A DNA stretch of 64,000 nucleotides from Bacteroidota bacterium. Lineage in GTDB: Bacteria; Bacteroidota; Bacteroidia; UKL13-3. The translations under genes and the position numbers were made by a program. The notes under the pieces were generated by a model. The model had not been told where the DNA came from, did not search any database, and saw only the letters and a program-made list of their open reading frames with translations. The stretch is taken from NCBI GenBank assembly GCA_947485745.1, contig CANKQY010000005.1, forward strand, positions 875 to 64,874, written 5' to 3'. Positions 55,283-64,000 of the stretch are shown here, piece after piece; within the stretch, counting starts at the first letter, position 1, and each line of letters opens with the position of its first letter.

Positions 55283-57061
55283 ATGATACAAGACTTAATT
55301 AAAGCAAAAATAGCTAGTGCTTTGCATGCTTTATATCAAATAGAAACTTCTGGTGAAAAGGTTGTTATTGAAGCCACCACTGCTGATTTTGAAGGTGAAT
55401 TTACTTTCGTAACTTTTCCCTATTTAAAACTTTCACGCAAGAGCCCTGAACAAACCGCCAATGATATCGGAAATTATCTACTTACGAATCTTCCTGAATT
55501 AGAAAATTTTGAAGTGGTAAAAGGCTTTTTGAACCTAAGTATTAAACAATCATTTTGGTTAAATTTTATTCAAGAACATGCCAATACGCCTAACTTTGGT
55601 TTTGCAACGCCAAACAGTAAGGAGCCAATTTTGGTTGAATATTCCTCGCCTAATACAAACAAACCTTTGCATTTAGGGCATGTACGCAATAACCTCTTAG
55701 GGTTTTCGGTTTCAGAAATTTTAAAGGCAAATGGCCATTTGGTTTATACTTGTAATTTGGTTAATGATAGGGGCATTCATATCTGTAAAAGTATGTATGC
55801 TTGGATGAAATTTGGCAATGGAGAAACACCAGAAAGTACCAAGATAAAAGGAGATCATTTAGTAGGTAAGTATTACGTTATATTCGACCAAGTATACAAA
55901 AAGGAAATTGAGGAATTAAGGTCCAATGGAATGAGTGAAGAGGATGCAGCCAAAAAAGCACCAAGCATTGTTGCTGCCCAAGAAATGTTGGTAAAATGGG
56001 AGGCAAATGATGAAGAAGTGGTTGGCATATGGAAAATGATGAATGTATGGGTATATGCAGGTTTTGAGATTACCTACCAAAAAATGGGCGTAAATTTTAA
56101 TCAATTCTATTATGAATCAAATACCTATTTGTTGGGGAAAGAAATTGTAAAAGAAGGACTAGATAAAAAGGTTTTCTTTACCAAAGATAATGGCTCTGTT
56201 TGGATTGATTTAACAGAAGAAGGCTTGGATCAAAAATTAGTTTTAAGAGGTGATGGAACCTCTGTTTATATTACGCAAGACCTAGGTACTGCAGAAATGA
56301 AGTACGAACAATTTCATTGTAATCGTTCTATTTATGTGGTTGGAAACGAGCAAGAATACCACTTTAAAGTTTTGCAACAAATTGCCCTAAAACTAGATAA
56401 ACCCTATGCTGCAGGAATTTATCATTTAAGTTATGGCATGGTTGAATTACCTCATGGAAAAATGAAAAGTAGGGAAGGTACCGTAGTTGATGCAGATGAG
56501 CTAATTGCCGAGATGGAAAATACTGCTGAGGAAACCACAAAAGCATTGGGTAAAATGGAGGGAGAAAGTGAAGAAAACCTCAAAACATTATACCATACAA
56601 TTGGTATGGGTGCACTTAAATATTTTTTATTAAAGGTTGACCCTAAGAAAAAAATGATGTTTAATCCTGAGGATAGTATAGATTTTCAAGGAAACACTGG
56701 TCCATTTATTCAATATACATACGCAAGAATACGTTCTATATTGCGCAATGCGGGCGAAGTTCCAAATATTTTTAATTTGGAAGCAATCAGCCTAAGTAAA
56801 GTGGAAAAGGAACTGTTGTTAAAGCTCTATCAATACCCACTAATCATTCAAGAGGCTAGTAGAGATTTGAGCCCGGGGGTAATTTGCAATTATGTTTATG
56901 AATTAGCCAAAAATTATAGCTTGTTCTATCACGACCATACCATTTTAAAAGAGCAAAATTTGGATCAGAAAAACTTAAGACTTAATATTTGTAAAATGAC
57001 CGCTGGCATTATTAAATCTGCCTTTAGTTTGTTAGGTATTCATGTGCCAGAAAAGATGTAA
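55283..57061 (+). CDS. argS: Arginine--tRNA ligase
   Basis: 592 aa from MIQDLIKAKI. The HIGH-type motif is SSPNTNKPLHLGHVRN, the KMSKS-like motif is GKMKSREG, and the C-terminal anticodon-binding (DALR) domain ends VPEKM. Confidence 0.95.
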   Translation: MIQDLIKAKIASALHALYQIETSGEKVVIEATTADFEGEFTFVTFPYLKLSRKSPEQTANDIGNYLLTNLPELENFEVVKGFLNLSIKQSFWLNFIQEHANTPNFGFATPNSKEPILVEYSSPNTNKPLHLGHVRNNLLGFSVSEILKANGHLVYTCNLVNDRGIHICKSMYAWMKFGNGETPESTKIKGDHLVGKYYVIFDQVYKKEIEELRSNGMSEEDAAKKAPSIVAAQEMLVKWEANDEEVVGIWKMMNVWVYAGFEITYQKMGVNFNQFYYESNTYLLGKEIVKEGLDKKVFFTKDNGSVWIDLTEEGLDQKLVLRGDGTSVYITQDLGTAEMKYEQFHCNRSIYVVGNEQEYHFKVLQQIALKLDKPYAAGIYHLSYGMVELPHGKMKSREGTVVDADELIAEMENTAEETTKALGKMEGESEENLKTLYHTIGMGALKYFLLKVDPKKKMMFNPEDSIDFQGNTGPFIQYTYARIRSILRNAGEVPNIFNLEAISLSKVEKELLLKLYQYPLIIQEASRDLSPGVICNYVYELAKNYSLFYHDHTILKEQNLDQKNLRLNICKMTAGIIKSAFSLLGIHVPEKM

Positions 57062-57062
57062 T

Positions 57063-58424
57063 ATGAAGCATTCTTTAGGGTTAATAAGTGTGCTATTACT
57101 ATTGGTTTCTTGCGATCCAAGCAAGAAATTTATGAAGCAAGGAAATGAGCAATTTGAAATTGGTAACGTGGATGGCGCAGCTAATTTATACTACAACGTA
57201 CTTTTGGTTCAGCCCAATAATTTAGAAGCCCAGCAGGCTTTGTATAAATCTGGTAACCAGGTTTTACAGGGCAAATTTATGATGTTTAGCAAGTATGTGG
57301 TGGCCAATGAGGCCGATTTATCTGTGAAACAATACCTCTATTGTAAAAAGTATTTTGATAGGTGCAAAGCAGTTGGAGTGATGCTTGATTGGCCTAGCAT
57401 GTATGATCCTATTTATGAGGATATCAAAAATGAATACATCAGCAAGAAATACGATGAAGGCGTAAAATATATTCGAAGTAACAAGTATGCTGAGGCGGAA
57501 AAAATGTTTGCCGATATCGCGCTCATTGATTCGAGTTATAACAAGGCTACTGCTTTGCGATTAAAAAGTATCATTGAACCTTTGTTTCAGCATGGTATTA
57601 AAATGAAAAATGAGGCAAATTACAAAGAGGCCTACAGAGATTTTAATAAGGTACTAGATTTAGATCCTACCTATAAAAATGCTGCTGATTTAAGGCAAGA
57701 AGTTATTTTGAAGGCTAGTTTAGATATTGGTGTAATGCCCGTTCAAAATCAAACCAAGATTCAAGGTTTTGATGTGAGGTTATACCAATTGTTAGTTTCA
57801 TCACTGCAACAAAACAAAAGCCCATTCTTAAAAGTAGTGGATAGAGGAGCTATTGAAAGTGCCTTGCGCGAAAAAGCATTTGGATTAAAAGATATCATTG
57901 ATGCCGAAAGTGCCGCTAAGGTCGGTAAATTGATTGGTCTTGAATATGTTTTACTCACTGCAATGACCGAGTTAGTTTATGATGATGACGGCATAATGCT
58001 TGATTCGATTATCGCATATAATGCTATAACCGAATCAACACCTTCAAAAAATCCAACAGATATTCCTCAATCTATTACCCGTTTTAAAAAGGTAAGTTAT
58101 TTGGATGTACATCAAAAAAGAAAATTAGTCATGGCTATGGCTTACCAATTGGTTTCTACCCAAACTGGGCAAATTGTTTCGAGCGAGAGTATTAAAGAGG
58201 AGTTATTCGATGAGTTTCATTCTTGTTCATACGCTGGTAACCTGAATACACTTTATCCTGAACTGCCTGCTGGAAATACCATGCCATCAAAACCCGTTGA
58301 ATTCAGAGAACAATTTAATCAAGTGAAGAGAGATATCAGGTCGAAGGAAGACCTTACCCGTGAAATTTGTAAAAGGATCTCAGATAAGGTAATTGATGAT
58401 CTCAATATCTACATCGACAAATGA
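57063..58424 (+). CDS. Lipoprotein with N-terminal TPR-like repeats and a C-terminal CsgG/LpoB-like domain
   Basis: The lipobox is MKHSLGLISVLLLLVSCD. The TPR-like region has GNVDGAANLYYNVLLVQPNNLEA and NYKEAYRDFNKVLDLDPTY. The C-terminal part IGVMPVQNQT...VVDRGAIESALREKAFGL...AAKVGKLIGLEYVLLTAM follows the CsgG-family pattern. Its ATG is 1 nt after the argS stop. Confidence 0.55.
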   Translation: MKHSLGLISVLLLLVSCDPSKKFMKQGNEQFEIGNVDGAANLYYNVLLVQPNNLEAQQALYKSGNQVLQGKFMMFSKYVVANEADLSVKQYLYCKKYFDRCKAVGVMLDWPSMYDPIYEDIKNEYISKKYDEGVKYIRSNKYAEAEKMFADIALIDSSYNKATALRLKSIIEPLFQHGIKMKNEANYKEAYRDFNKVLDLDPTYKNAADLRQEVILKASLDIGVMPVQNQTKIQGFDVRLYQLLVSSLQQNKSPFLKVVDRGAIESALREKAFGLKDIIDAESAAKVGKLIGLEYVLLTAMTELVYDDDGIMLDSIIAYNAITESTPSKNPTDIPQSITRFKKVSYLDVHQKRKLVMAMAYQLVSTQTGQIVSSESIKEELFDEFHSCSYAGNLNTLYPELPAGNTMPSKPVEFREQFNQVKRDIRSKEDLTREICKRISDKVIDDLNIYIDK

Positions 58425-58578
58425 TAATTATAGCCGTAAAAAGCGTACTAATAGATAATTTTTACTTATACAGGAGTAATTTAGGGTAAAAAGTAACTAT
58501 ACACGACTTTATATTTTCTTTTTTTTGCTTGGATTGGGACTTGTGGTATATAGTGCAATTCCCTATTTTCGCGCAAGC

Positions 58579-59511
58579 ATGCAGGTCCATAGAAGTATAG
58601 AAGGATTTCCCAAAATACAAAACGCAATAGTAACGCAAGGTACCTTTGATGGGGTTCATGTTGCGCACCAAGTAATTTTGCAACAACTTAGAGAAATTGC
58701 CCATGAGAAGAATGGCGAAACTGTTGTGATTACTTATGACCCTCACCCTCGAACCATATTGTTTCCGGATGACCATGGCTTAGAATTACTCAATAGCTTG
58801 GATGAAAAAATAGAATTATTAAGCAAAGAAGGGATTGATCACTTACTTATTTTACCATTTACTACTGCATTTTCTAGATTGAGTTCTCTCGAATTTATTA
58901 GAGATATTCTCATGAAAGTTATAGGCACTAAATATTTAGTGATTGGCTATAACCATAGATTTGGGAAGAATAGGGAAGGAAGTTTTACTCATTTAAAAGA
59001 AATTGGCCCGGCTTATGGTTTTGAAATTAAAGAAATTTTGGAACAAGACATTGACCAAGTATCAGTGAGCTCTACCAGAATTAGAGAGGCTTTGAGAAAT
59101 GGCAATGTTGCTAAAGCGGCAAGGTTTTTAGGACATCCTTATGTGTTAACTGGAACTGTTATCCATGGAAGAGAGCTAGGAAGAACCATTGGTTATCCTA
59201 CTGCAAATATTTTTGTTAGCTCACCACTTAAATTAATTCCTGCCGATGGTGTATACGCCGTTTGGGTTAAAATTGCATCAATAACTAGGGGAGGAATGCT
59301 CAATATAGGCAACAATCCAACTATAGAAGGTAAAGGCAGAAGTATAGAAGTTAACATATTTGATTTTAGTGAAATGATTTATAATCAAAGCATAAGTGTT
59401 GAATTTGTTGATAAGCTGCGTAACGAAGAAAAATTTATAAACCTAGATGCATTAAAAACTCAATTGCTTAATGATAAATTGCAAGCTATGGAGGCCCTAA
59501 AAATTCCATAA
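58579..59511 (+). CDS. ribF: Bifunctional riboflavin kinase / FMN adenylyltransferase
   Basis: The FMNAT motif is in MQVHRSIEGFPKIQNAIVTQGTFDGVHVAHQ. The kinase domain has GRELGRTIGYPTANI and SIEVNIFDF. The start is moved from 58525 to the ATG at 58579. Confidence 0.9.
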   Translation: MQVHRSIEGFPKIQNAIVTQGTFDGVHVAHQVILQQLREIAHEKNGETVVITYDPHPRTILFPDDHGLELLNSLDEKIELLSKEGIDHLLILPFTTAFSRLSSLEFIRDILMKVIGTKYLVIGYNHRFGKNREGSFTHLKEIGPAYGFEIKEILEQDIDQVSVSSTRIREALRNGNVAKAARFLGHPYVLTGTVIHGRELGRTIGYPTANIFVSSPLKLIPADGVYAVWVKIASITRGGMLNIGNNPTIEGKGRSIEVNIFDFSEMIYNQSISVEFVDKLRNEEKFINLDALKTQLLNDKLQAMEALKIP

Positions 59512-59519
59512 AATTAAGC

Positions 59520-60485
59520 ATGAGATTAAAGTTTATTATTTATATATTTCTTTTTGTTGGGCTCTTATTCAATAACAATATAATTGCTCAAACCATCGAA
59601 GGTCCTGATTCTACTGAAGTTTTTGAGGAGCCAGACGAAGATGATGAAGAAGCGGCAGAATACGATAGCGTAATAGTTAACAGCTCTGAAAATTATTGGG
59701 ATTTTATTCGTCCAAGAAATTTCATGTTCGATACTGCTTATGCACCTGCGCACACTTTTTATAAAAGTTGGGATACCATTACAATCAATCCGTATAAAGT
59801 TGATTTAAAAGCAATGGAGGATACCATTAAATTGGTATTGGCAGATTTTGACGATTGTAGTTTTCACCCGCCAGCCATAGGAGATGTTACCTCTAATTTT
59901 GGATTTAGGAATTGGGGGCGTAGGCAAAAATTTCACTTTGGTACTGATATCCGTATGGAGGTTGGTGACCCAGTTTATGCAGCTTTTGAAGGTGTTGTAA
60001 GAATTGCCAAGCGCAGTGCAGATTACGGTTATGTTGTTTTGATCCGACATAATAATGGTTTAGAAACATTGTATGCCCATTTTTCCCAGCTATTAGCTTA
60101 TCCCGGGCAACCAGTTAAAGGAGGCAACATCATTGGTCTTGCCGGCAGCACAGGAAGGTCAACTGGTCCGCATTTGCATTTTGAAGTTAGGTTTCAAGGA
60201 GAAAAAATTGATCCAGCAACCATCATTCACTTTCCAACAGGCTCCCTAATGAATGATACCTTTCAAATAGACAAAGGGTGTTTCAAACATTTATATGATG
60301 TTCAATCTGCTAAGCTCAAAGCAGCCAAACAAACTAAATTGCCTAAATATGTTAAGGCCCGCAAAAATGATACACTAACCAAAATTGGCAAGCGTTACGG
60401 CGTTAGCGTAAAGAAATTAACCAAACTAAACGGCATAAAAGCGAATACGAAAATTAAATCTGGAAGAAAGATTAGGCTCAGGTAG
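59520..60485 (+). CDS. M23 family metallopeptidase with a C-terminal LysM domain
   Basis: It has HFGTDIRMEVGDPV and GSTGRSTGPHLHFEVR. The LysM region is YVKARKNDTLTKIGKRYGVSVKKLTKLNGI. Confidence 0.9.
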   Translation: MRLKFIIYIFLFVGLLFNNNIIAQTIEGPDSTEVFEEPDEDDEEAAEYDSVIVNSSENYWDFIRPRNFMFDTAYAPAHTFYKSWDTITINPYKVDLKAMEDTIKLVLADFDDCSFHPPAIGDVTSNFGFRNWGRRQKFHFGTDIRMEVGDPVYAAFEGVVRIAKRSADYGYVVLIRHNNGLETLYAHFSQLLAYPGQPVKGGNIIGLAGSTGRSTGPHLHFEVRFQGEKIDPATIIHFPTGSLMNDTFQIDKGCFKHLYDVQSAKLKAAKQTKLPKYVKARKNDTLTKIGKRYGVSVKKLTKLNGIKANTKIKSGRKIRLR

Positions 60486-60495
60486 CAGTTTAAAA

Positions 60496-60834
60496 TTATA
60501 AAAATCCTAGTTGCAGTTTAGCAGATTCACTCATCAAATCTTGGCTCCATGGTGGATCAAATGTTACCTTAACTTCAGCTTCTTTAACGCCCTCCATAGC
60601 TTCTAATTTTTCTTTAATTTCGGCAGGCATACTCTGCGCAGCTGGGCAAAAAGGAGAGGTGAGCGACATAATAATTTCGATGTTTAATTCATGAGATACA
60701 TTTACCTCATAAATCAATCCTAATTCATATATATTCACAGGAATCTCAGGATCAAAGATTGATTGCAATACCACAATTGCTTCATTTTGAACGTCAACAA
60801 AGTTTCTCATAGATTTATTTTCTGATGTTTCCAT
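60496..60834 (-). CDS. sufT: DUF59/MIP18-family SUF Fe-S cluster assembly protein (SufT-like)
   Basis: 112 aa. It has FDPEIPVNIYELGLIYEV and TSPFCPAAQSMP. It is the last gene of the suf operon. Confidence 0.8.
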   Translation of the reverse strand: METSENKSMRNFVDVQNEAIVVLQSIFDPEIPVNIYELGLIYEVNVSHELNIEIIMSLTSPFCPAAQSMPAEIKEKLEAMEGVKEAEVKVTFDPPWSQDLMSESAKLQLGFL

Positions 60835-60888
60835 ACTTATAATATTGTTTTAACAGCTCTGAATTAAATTCATTTAGCTGCATTTTTT

Positions 60889-61308
60889 TTATTTGTTTAA
60901 CAAGGCAAAAGCATACATTTTCATTTGCTTAATCATGCTACTAAAGCCATTGCTTCTTTGTGACCCTATCATGCTACTCATGCCAATTTTTTCTATAAAA
61001 TAGAGTTCTGTTGCCATAATATCCTCAGGTGTTTTACCACCCCATACCTTCACCAATAGGCTTACCAAACCTTTGGTTATTTCTGTATTGCTATCCGCTT
61101 CAAAATATATTTTACCATCCTCAAAAACTGGGAACAACCAAACTTTACTCTGACAACCTTTAACAATATATTCAGCTGTTTGATGTGCTGCACTCATGGC
61201 AGGTAATTTCTTGCCTAAATCCATTAGGTAAAACAACCTGCTTTCCATGTCGTCTTCAAACAACAAAAAATCCTCAATTATTTCGTTTTGTATTTCAGTG
61301 GTTGTCAT
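60889..61308 (-). CDS. sufE: SufE-family sulfur acceptor protein
   Basis: 139 aa. The active Cys is in YIVKGCQSKVWL. It lies immediately downstream of sufS. Confidence 0.85.
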   Translation of the reverse strand: MTTTEIQNEIIEDFLLFEDDMESRLFYLMDLGKKLPAMSAAHQTAEYIVKGCQSKVWLFPVFEDGKIYFEADSNTEITKGLVSLLVKVWGGKTPEDIMATELYFIEKIGMSSMIGSQRSNGFSSMIKQMKMYAFALLNK

Positions 61309-61324
61309 TTGATTTTACTACCGA

Positions 61325-62566
61325 TTAGCGTTTTATAATTGCACTTATGCTTGTCAATAAAACATCAATCTCTTCTACCGTATTGTATAAAGCAAAGGAT
61401 GCCCTTACAGTTCCCTCTATACCGTAAAAATTCATGAGCGGCTGTGTGCAATGATGTCCAGTTCTCACCGCAATGCCTTTTGCATCGAGCATCATACCAA
61501 TGTCAAAAGGGTGTTTTCCTTTGATGTTAAATGATTGTACCGCTACTTTATTTTGGGCAGTACCTATTAATTCAACGCAATCTACACCAAGCTCATTTTG
61601 AATATTTTTAACACCATCAACAAAATAATTTAATAGCATTAACTCATAGGCAGCAATATTTGTCAAACCTCTTTTGGTTACAAATTCCAACGCATATTTA
61701 AAGGCAATTACATCACCGATATTTGGTGTGCCAGCTTCAAATTTAAACGGAATATCATTATAAGTTGTGACTGCGAAACTTACTTCTCTTATCATTTCGC
61801 CTCCACCTTGGTAGGGTGGCATGGCTTCTAATAATGCACGCTTACCATATAAAACACCCACGCCTGTAGGACCATAAAGTTTGTGCGAACTCAATACTAA
61901 AAAATCTATATCTAATGACTGTACATCAATACTGATATGCGATCCAGCCTGTGCGCCATCAATCAAAACAATTGCTCCTTTGCTATGTGCTAATTCAATT
62001 ATTTTCTCAATTGGATTGATGGTGCCCAATGCATTGCTAGCCCAAATACAAGCAACTATTTTGGTTCGAACCGATAACATTTGTTCATAAACTTCCAGGT
62101 TTAACTCTCCATTTGCATGAATAGGAATAACTTTAAGTAAGGCACCTTTTTCCTCGCAAATCATTTGCCAAGGAACAATGTTACTATGGTGCTCCATGTA
62201 GGATATGATTACTTCATCTCCTGCATTTAAAAACTTTTTTCCATAGGTTTGAGCTACTAAGTTAATGCTTTCAGTTATTCCTTTTGTAAAAATACATTCT
62301 TCGGCTTCTTTAGCATTTATAAATGTTTGAACCGATTTTCTGGTGTCTTCAAAATAGCCTGTCGACCTATCTGCAAGCGTATGCGCACCTCTATGGATAT
62401 TGGCATTATGCAAACTGTAATATTCGTTCAATGCATTAATAACCGCTAAAGGTTTTTGGGTAGTGGCAGCATTGTCAAAATAAATTAAAGGCTTTCCATT
62501 TACCTCTTGGTGTAAAATTGGAAACTGCCCTCTTACTAATTGTATATCTTGTTTTGCTGATGTCAT
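61325..62566 (-). CDS. sufS: Cysteine desulfurase, SufS subfamily
   Basis: 413 aa. It has YFDNAATTQKP, the PLP-Lys motif SSHKLYGPTGVGVLYG, and the active-site region RTGHHCTQPLM. Confidence 0.95.
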   Translation of the reverse strand: MTSAKQDIQLVRGQFPILHQEVNGKPLIYFDNAATTQKPLAVINALNEYYSLHNANIHRGAHTLADRSTGYFEDTRKSVQTFINAKEAEECIFTKGITESINLVAQTYGKKFLNAGDEVIISYMEHHSNIVPWQMICEEKGALLKVIPIHANGELNLEVYEQMLSVRTKIVACIWASNALGTINPIEKIIELAHSKGAIVLIDGAQAGSHISIDVQSLDIDFLVLSSHKLYGPTGVGVLYGKRALLEAMPPYQGGGEMIREVSFAVTTYNDIPFKFEAGTPNIGDVIAFKYALEFVTKRGLTNIAAYELMLLNYFVDGVKNIQNELGVDCVELIGTAQNKVAVQSFNIKGKHPFDIGMMLDAKGIAVRTGHHCTQPLMNFYGIEGTVRASFALYNTVEEIDVLLTSISAIIKR

Positions 62567-62570
62567 TTTG

Positions 62571-62633
62571 GTCTTTAGTTATTGGTCGTTAGTCATTAGT
62601 AATTAGTCTTTGGTCATTAGGCCATCGTCAATG
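62571..62633. repeat. Degenerate heptanucleotide tandem array (about 9 units of GTCATTA; TAATGAC on the coding strand) in the sufD-sufS spacer
   Basis: Read in 7-mers from 62571: GTCTTTA GTTATTG GTCGTTA GTCATTA GTAATTA GTCTTTG GTCATTA GGCCATC GTCAATG. It ends 4 nt upstream of the sufS ATG on the - strand. Confidence 0.8.
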
Positions 62634-62653
62634 AACTATGGACAATTGCCTAA

Positions 62654-63943
62654 TTACAACTTCCTTTCTATTTCCTCTTCTAATATCTGAACCAACTCTG
62701 GAATCTTGATCTTTTCTGCTATATCATCTGCATAGGCATTGAGCAACATTTTTCTTGCCTCATTTTCAGATATTCCACGACTCCTCAGATAAAACATTGG
62801 CTCTTCATCTAATTGTCCAATTGTAGCCCCATGTGTGCATTTTACATCATCTGCAAAAATTTCCAATTGAGGTTTTGTATTAACTGTAGCATCATTGCTT
62901 AAAATGATATTCATGTTCCTCTGGTACGCATTGGTTTTCTGAGCGTCGAGGTGAACCATGATTTTTCCATTAAACACGGCGGTAGATTGGTCTTTTAAAA
63001 TTCCTTTGTATTTTTCATCACTAAACCCATTTGGTTTTGCATGATCCACTCTGCTGTGGTTGTCTACAAATTGATTTCCATCAGTTATATACAAACCATA
63101 CAAAAGACTGTTGCAATTTTGCCCATTCATGTAAAAATGAAGGTTATTGCGAACCCATTGTCCATCTAGGGTTAAGGTAACTTGGTTGATGTTTGTATTG
63201 CCGTTTTGAAAGATTTGAGTATAGTTGTTATGATAGGTTTCACCTTTTGCACGCTGCACTTTGTAATGCTCTAATGATGCATTTTCATCTACAAATATTT
63301 CATTCACTACATTGGTAAATGATGAATTAGACCCAACTGCAATATAATTTTCAATAATAGTAGCAGAAGCTGAAGCCTCTATGATAATAAGGTTTCTAGG
63401 TTGTTGCAATACAGGATGAGAATTTGCATCAACAATATTTGTAATCATCAATGGGTACCTCAATTTTTTACCTTTTGGAATAAAAACAAATGCGCCATCA
63501 CTCATCATTGCAGTGTTCATTGCATTTAATCCTTCACCTTCTAATTTGATATATTTTCCAAAATGAGCATCAAAAATGCTTGTATGATTTTTTCTAGCTT
63601 GGGCAATATTGGATAAAATGACGCCTGGCTCTTCATCCAAAAAATCAGAAAGCTCAGGGAACAAACATCCGTTAACAAAAACTAATTTATTGCATTCAAT
63701 TCTGTTTAAAATACCAGCCTCAATTAGGGTCTTAGCATCAAGGTTGCTGTTGCAGGTATTGGTAAAATTACCCTCAGCAATTTTACGAAGATTGGTGTAT
63801 TTCCATTCTTCATTTTTTAAAGTAGGTAAACCAAATTTTTCTAATTCGGCAAATGCCTCCAAACGCTTGTCAAAGAAAACGCCTGGCTCAGCTTGCGCTG
63901 CATAATTAGAAAAATCACTTTTTATTTGTTCAAGTAAATTCAT
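62654..63943 (-). CDS. sufD: Fe-S cluster assembly protein SufD
   Basis: 429 aa with a beta-helix repeat pattern. The conserved C-terminal block is LEIFADDVKCTHGATIGQLDEEPMFYLRSRGISENEARKML. Confidence 0.9.
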   Translation of the reverse strand: MNLLEQIKSDFSNYAAQAEPGVFFDKRLEAFAELEKFGLPTLKNEEWKYTNLRKIAEGNFTNTCNSNLDAKTLIEAGILNRIECNKLVFVNGCLFPELSDFLDEEPGVILSNIAQARKNHTSIFDAHFGKYIKLEGEGLNAMNTAMMSDGAFVFIPKGKKLRYPLMITNIVDANSHPVLQQPRNLIIIEASASATIIENYIAVGSNSSFTNVVNEIFVDENASLEHYKVQRAKGETYHNNYTQIFQNGNTNINQVTLTLDGQWVRNNLHFYMNGQNCNSLLYGLYITDGNQFVDNHSRVDHAKPNGFSDEKYKGILKDQSTAVFNGKIMVHLDAQKTNAYQRNMNIILSNDATVNTKPQLEIFADDVKCTHGATIGQLDEEPMFYLRSRGISENEARKMLLNAYADDIAEKIKIPELVQILEEEIERKL

Positions 63944-63965
63944 TTTTTTGTCGGTTCAAACCAAT

Positions 63966-64000
63966 TTAAACTGCTGCTTCTACTTCTTGTTTGATCCAAT
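63966..64000 (-). CDS. sufC: Fe-S cluster assembly ATPase SufC, extreme C-terminus only (partial)
   Basis: The reverse complement reads ..WIKQEVEAAV* with stop TAA at 63966-63968, 22 nt upstream of the sufD start. Identity is inferred from position in the suf operon plus the short C-terminal peptide. Confidence 0.5.
   Translation of the reverse strand, partial: WIKQEVEAAV

Noticed and set aside
58425-58578. Searched the 5-prime regions of ribF, purC, guaA, pitA and the VIT1 transporter for riboswitches (FMN, purine, Mn/yybP-ykoY) and all spacers over 100 bp for tRNA or other RNA genes
   Set aside because: No conserved riboswitch cores or tRNA cloverleaf features were recognisable by eye. 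The spacers are short and AT-rich. A covariance-model scan (Rfam/Infernal, tRNAscan-SE) would be needed to exclude them formally.
58462-58776. 104-aa minus-strand ORF upstream of and overlapping ribF
   Set aside because: It overlaps the well-supported ribF N-terminus (GTFDGVHVAHQ) on the opposite strand, and its sequence shows no family features.

Overview
This is an AT-rich, densely packed chromosomal segment that looks like core genome of a Bacteroidota bacterium. The phylum call rests on a T9SS C-terminal sorting domain on a GH13 amylase, a DUF4835/PorD-like gene, bamD-rpoZ-coaBC synteny, several TAnnTTTG -7 boxes and an almost complete lack of Shine-Dalgarno sequences. I can support about 57 protein-coding genes. 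They include a 5-prime-complete but 3-prime-truncated pyruvate carboxylase at the left edge, which the ORF track misses, and the last codons of sufC at the right edge. I recognised no rRNA, tRNA, CRISPR array, transposase, integrase or phage gene. Many ORF-track starts are over-extended, so I give corrected starts where a signal peptide, homolog N-terminus or promoter box supports one. The best candidate for something new is a co-directional Kdo island at about 15.8-21.6 kb. It holds a DegT-type aminotransferase, a group-III (Fe-ADH-like) dehydrogenase, a metal-type kdsA with a substituted A5P-phosphate-binding Arg, an outer-membrane barrel, a transaldolase/FSA TIM barrel fused to a KdsD-type CBS pair with no SIS domain, and a divergent KdsC-like HAD phosphatase. 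This matches the KdnA/KdnB logic for 8-amino-Kdo (Kdo8N) known from Shewanella, combined with a possibly non-orthologous replacement of arabinose-5-phosphate isomerase. Other observations are two arrays of degenerate heptanucleotide tandem repeats rich in all-frame stops (one inside the suf operon), a 300-bp spacer packed with GC-rich mini-palindromes, a TIGR00266/AIM24 (TRAP-like fold) gene coupled to ACMSD of the kynurenine pathway, an atypical ECF sigma module, and an orphan selU. All functional calls come from by-eye motif and homology recognition. No database search was run.
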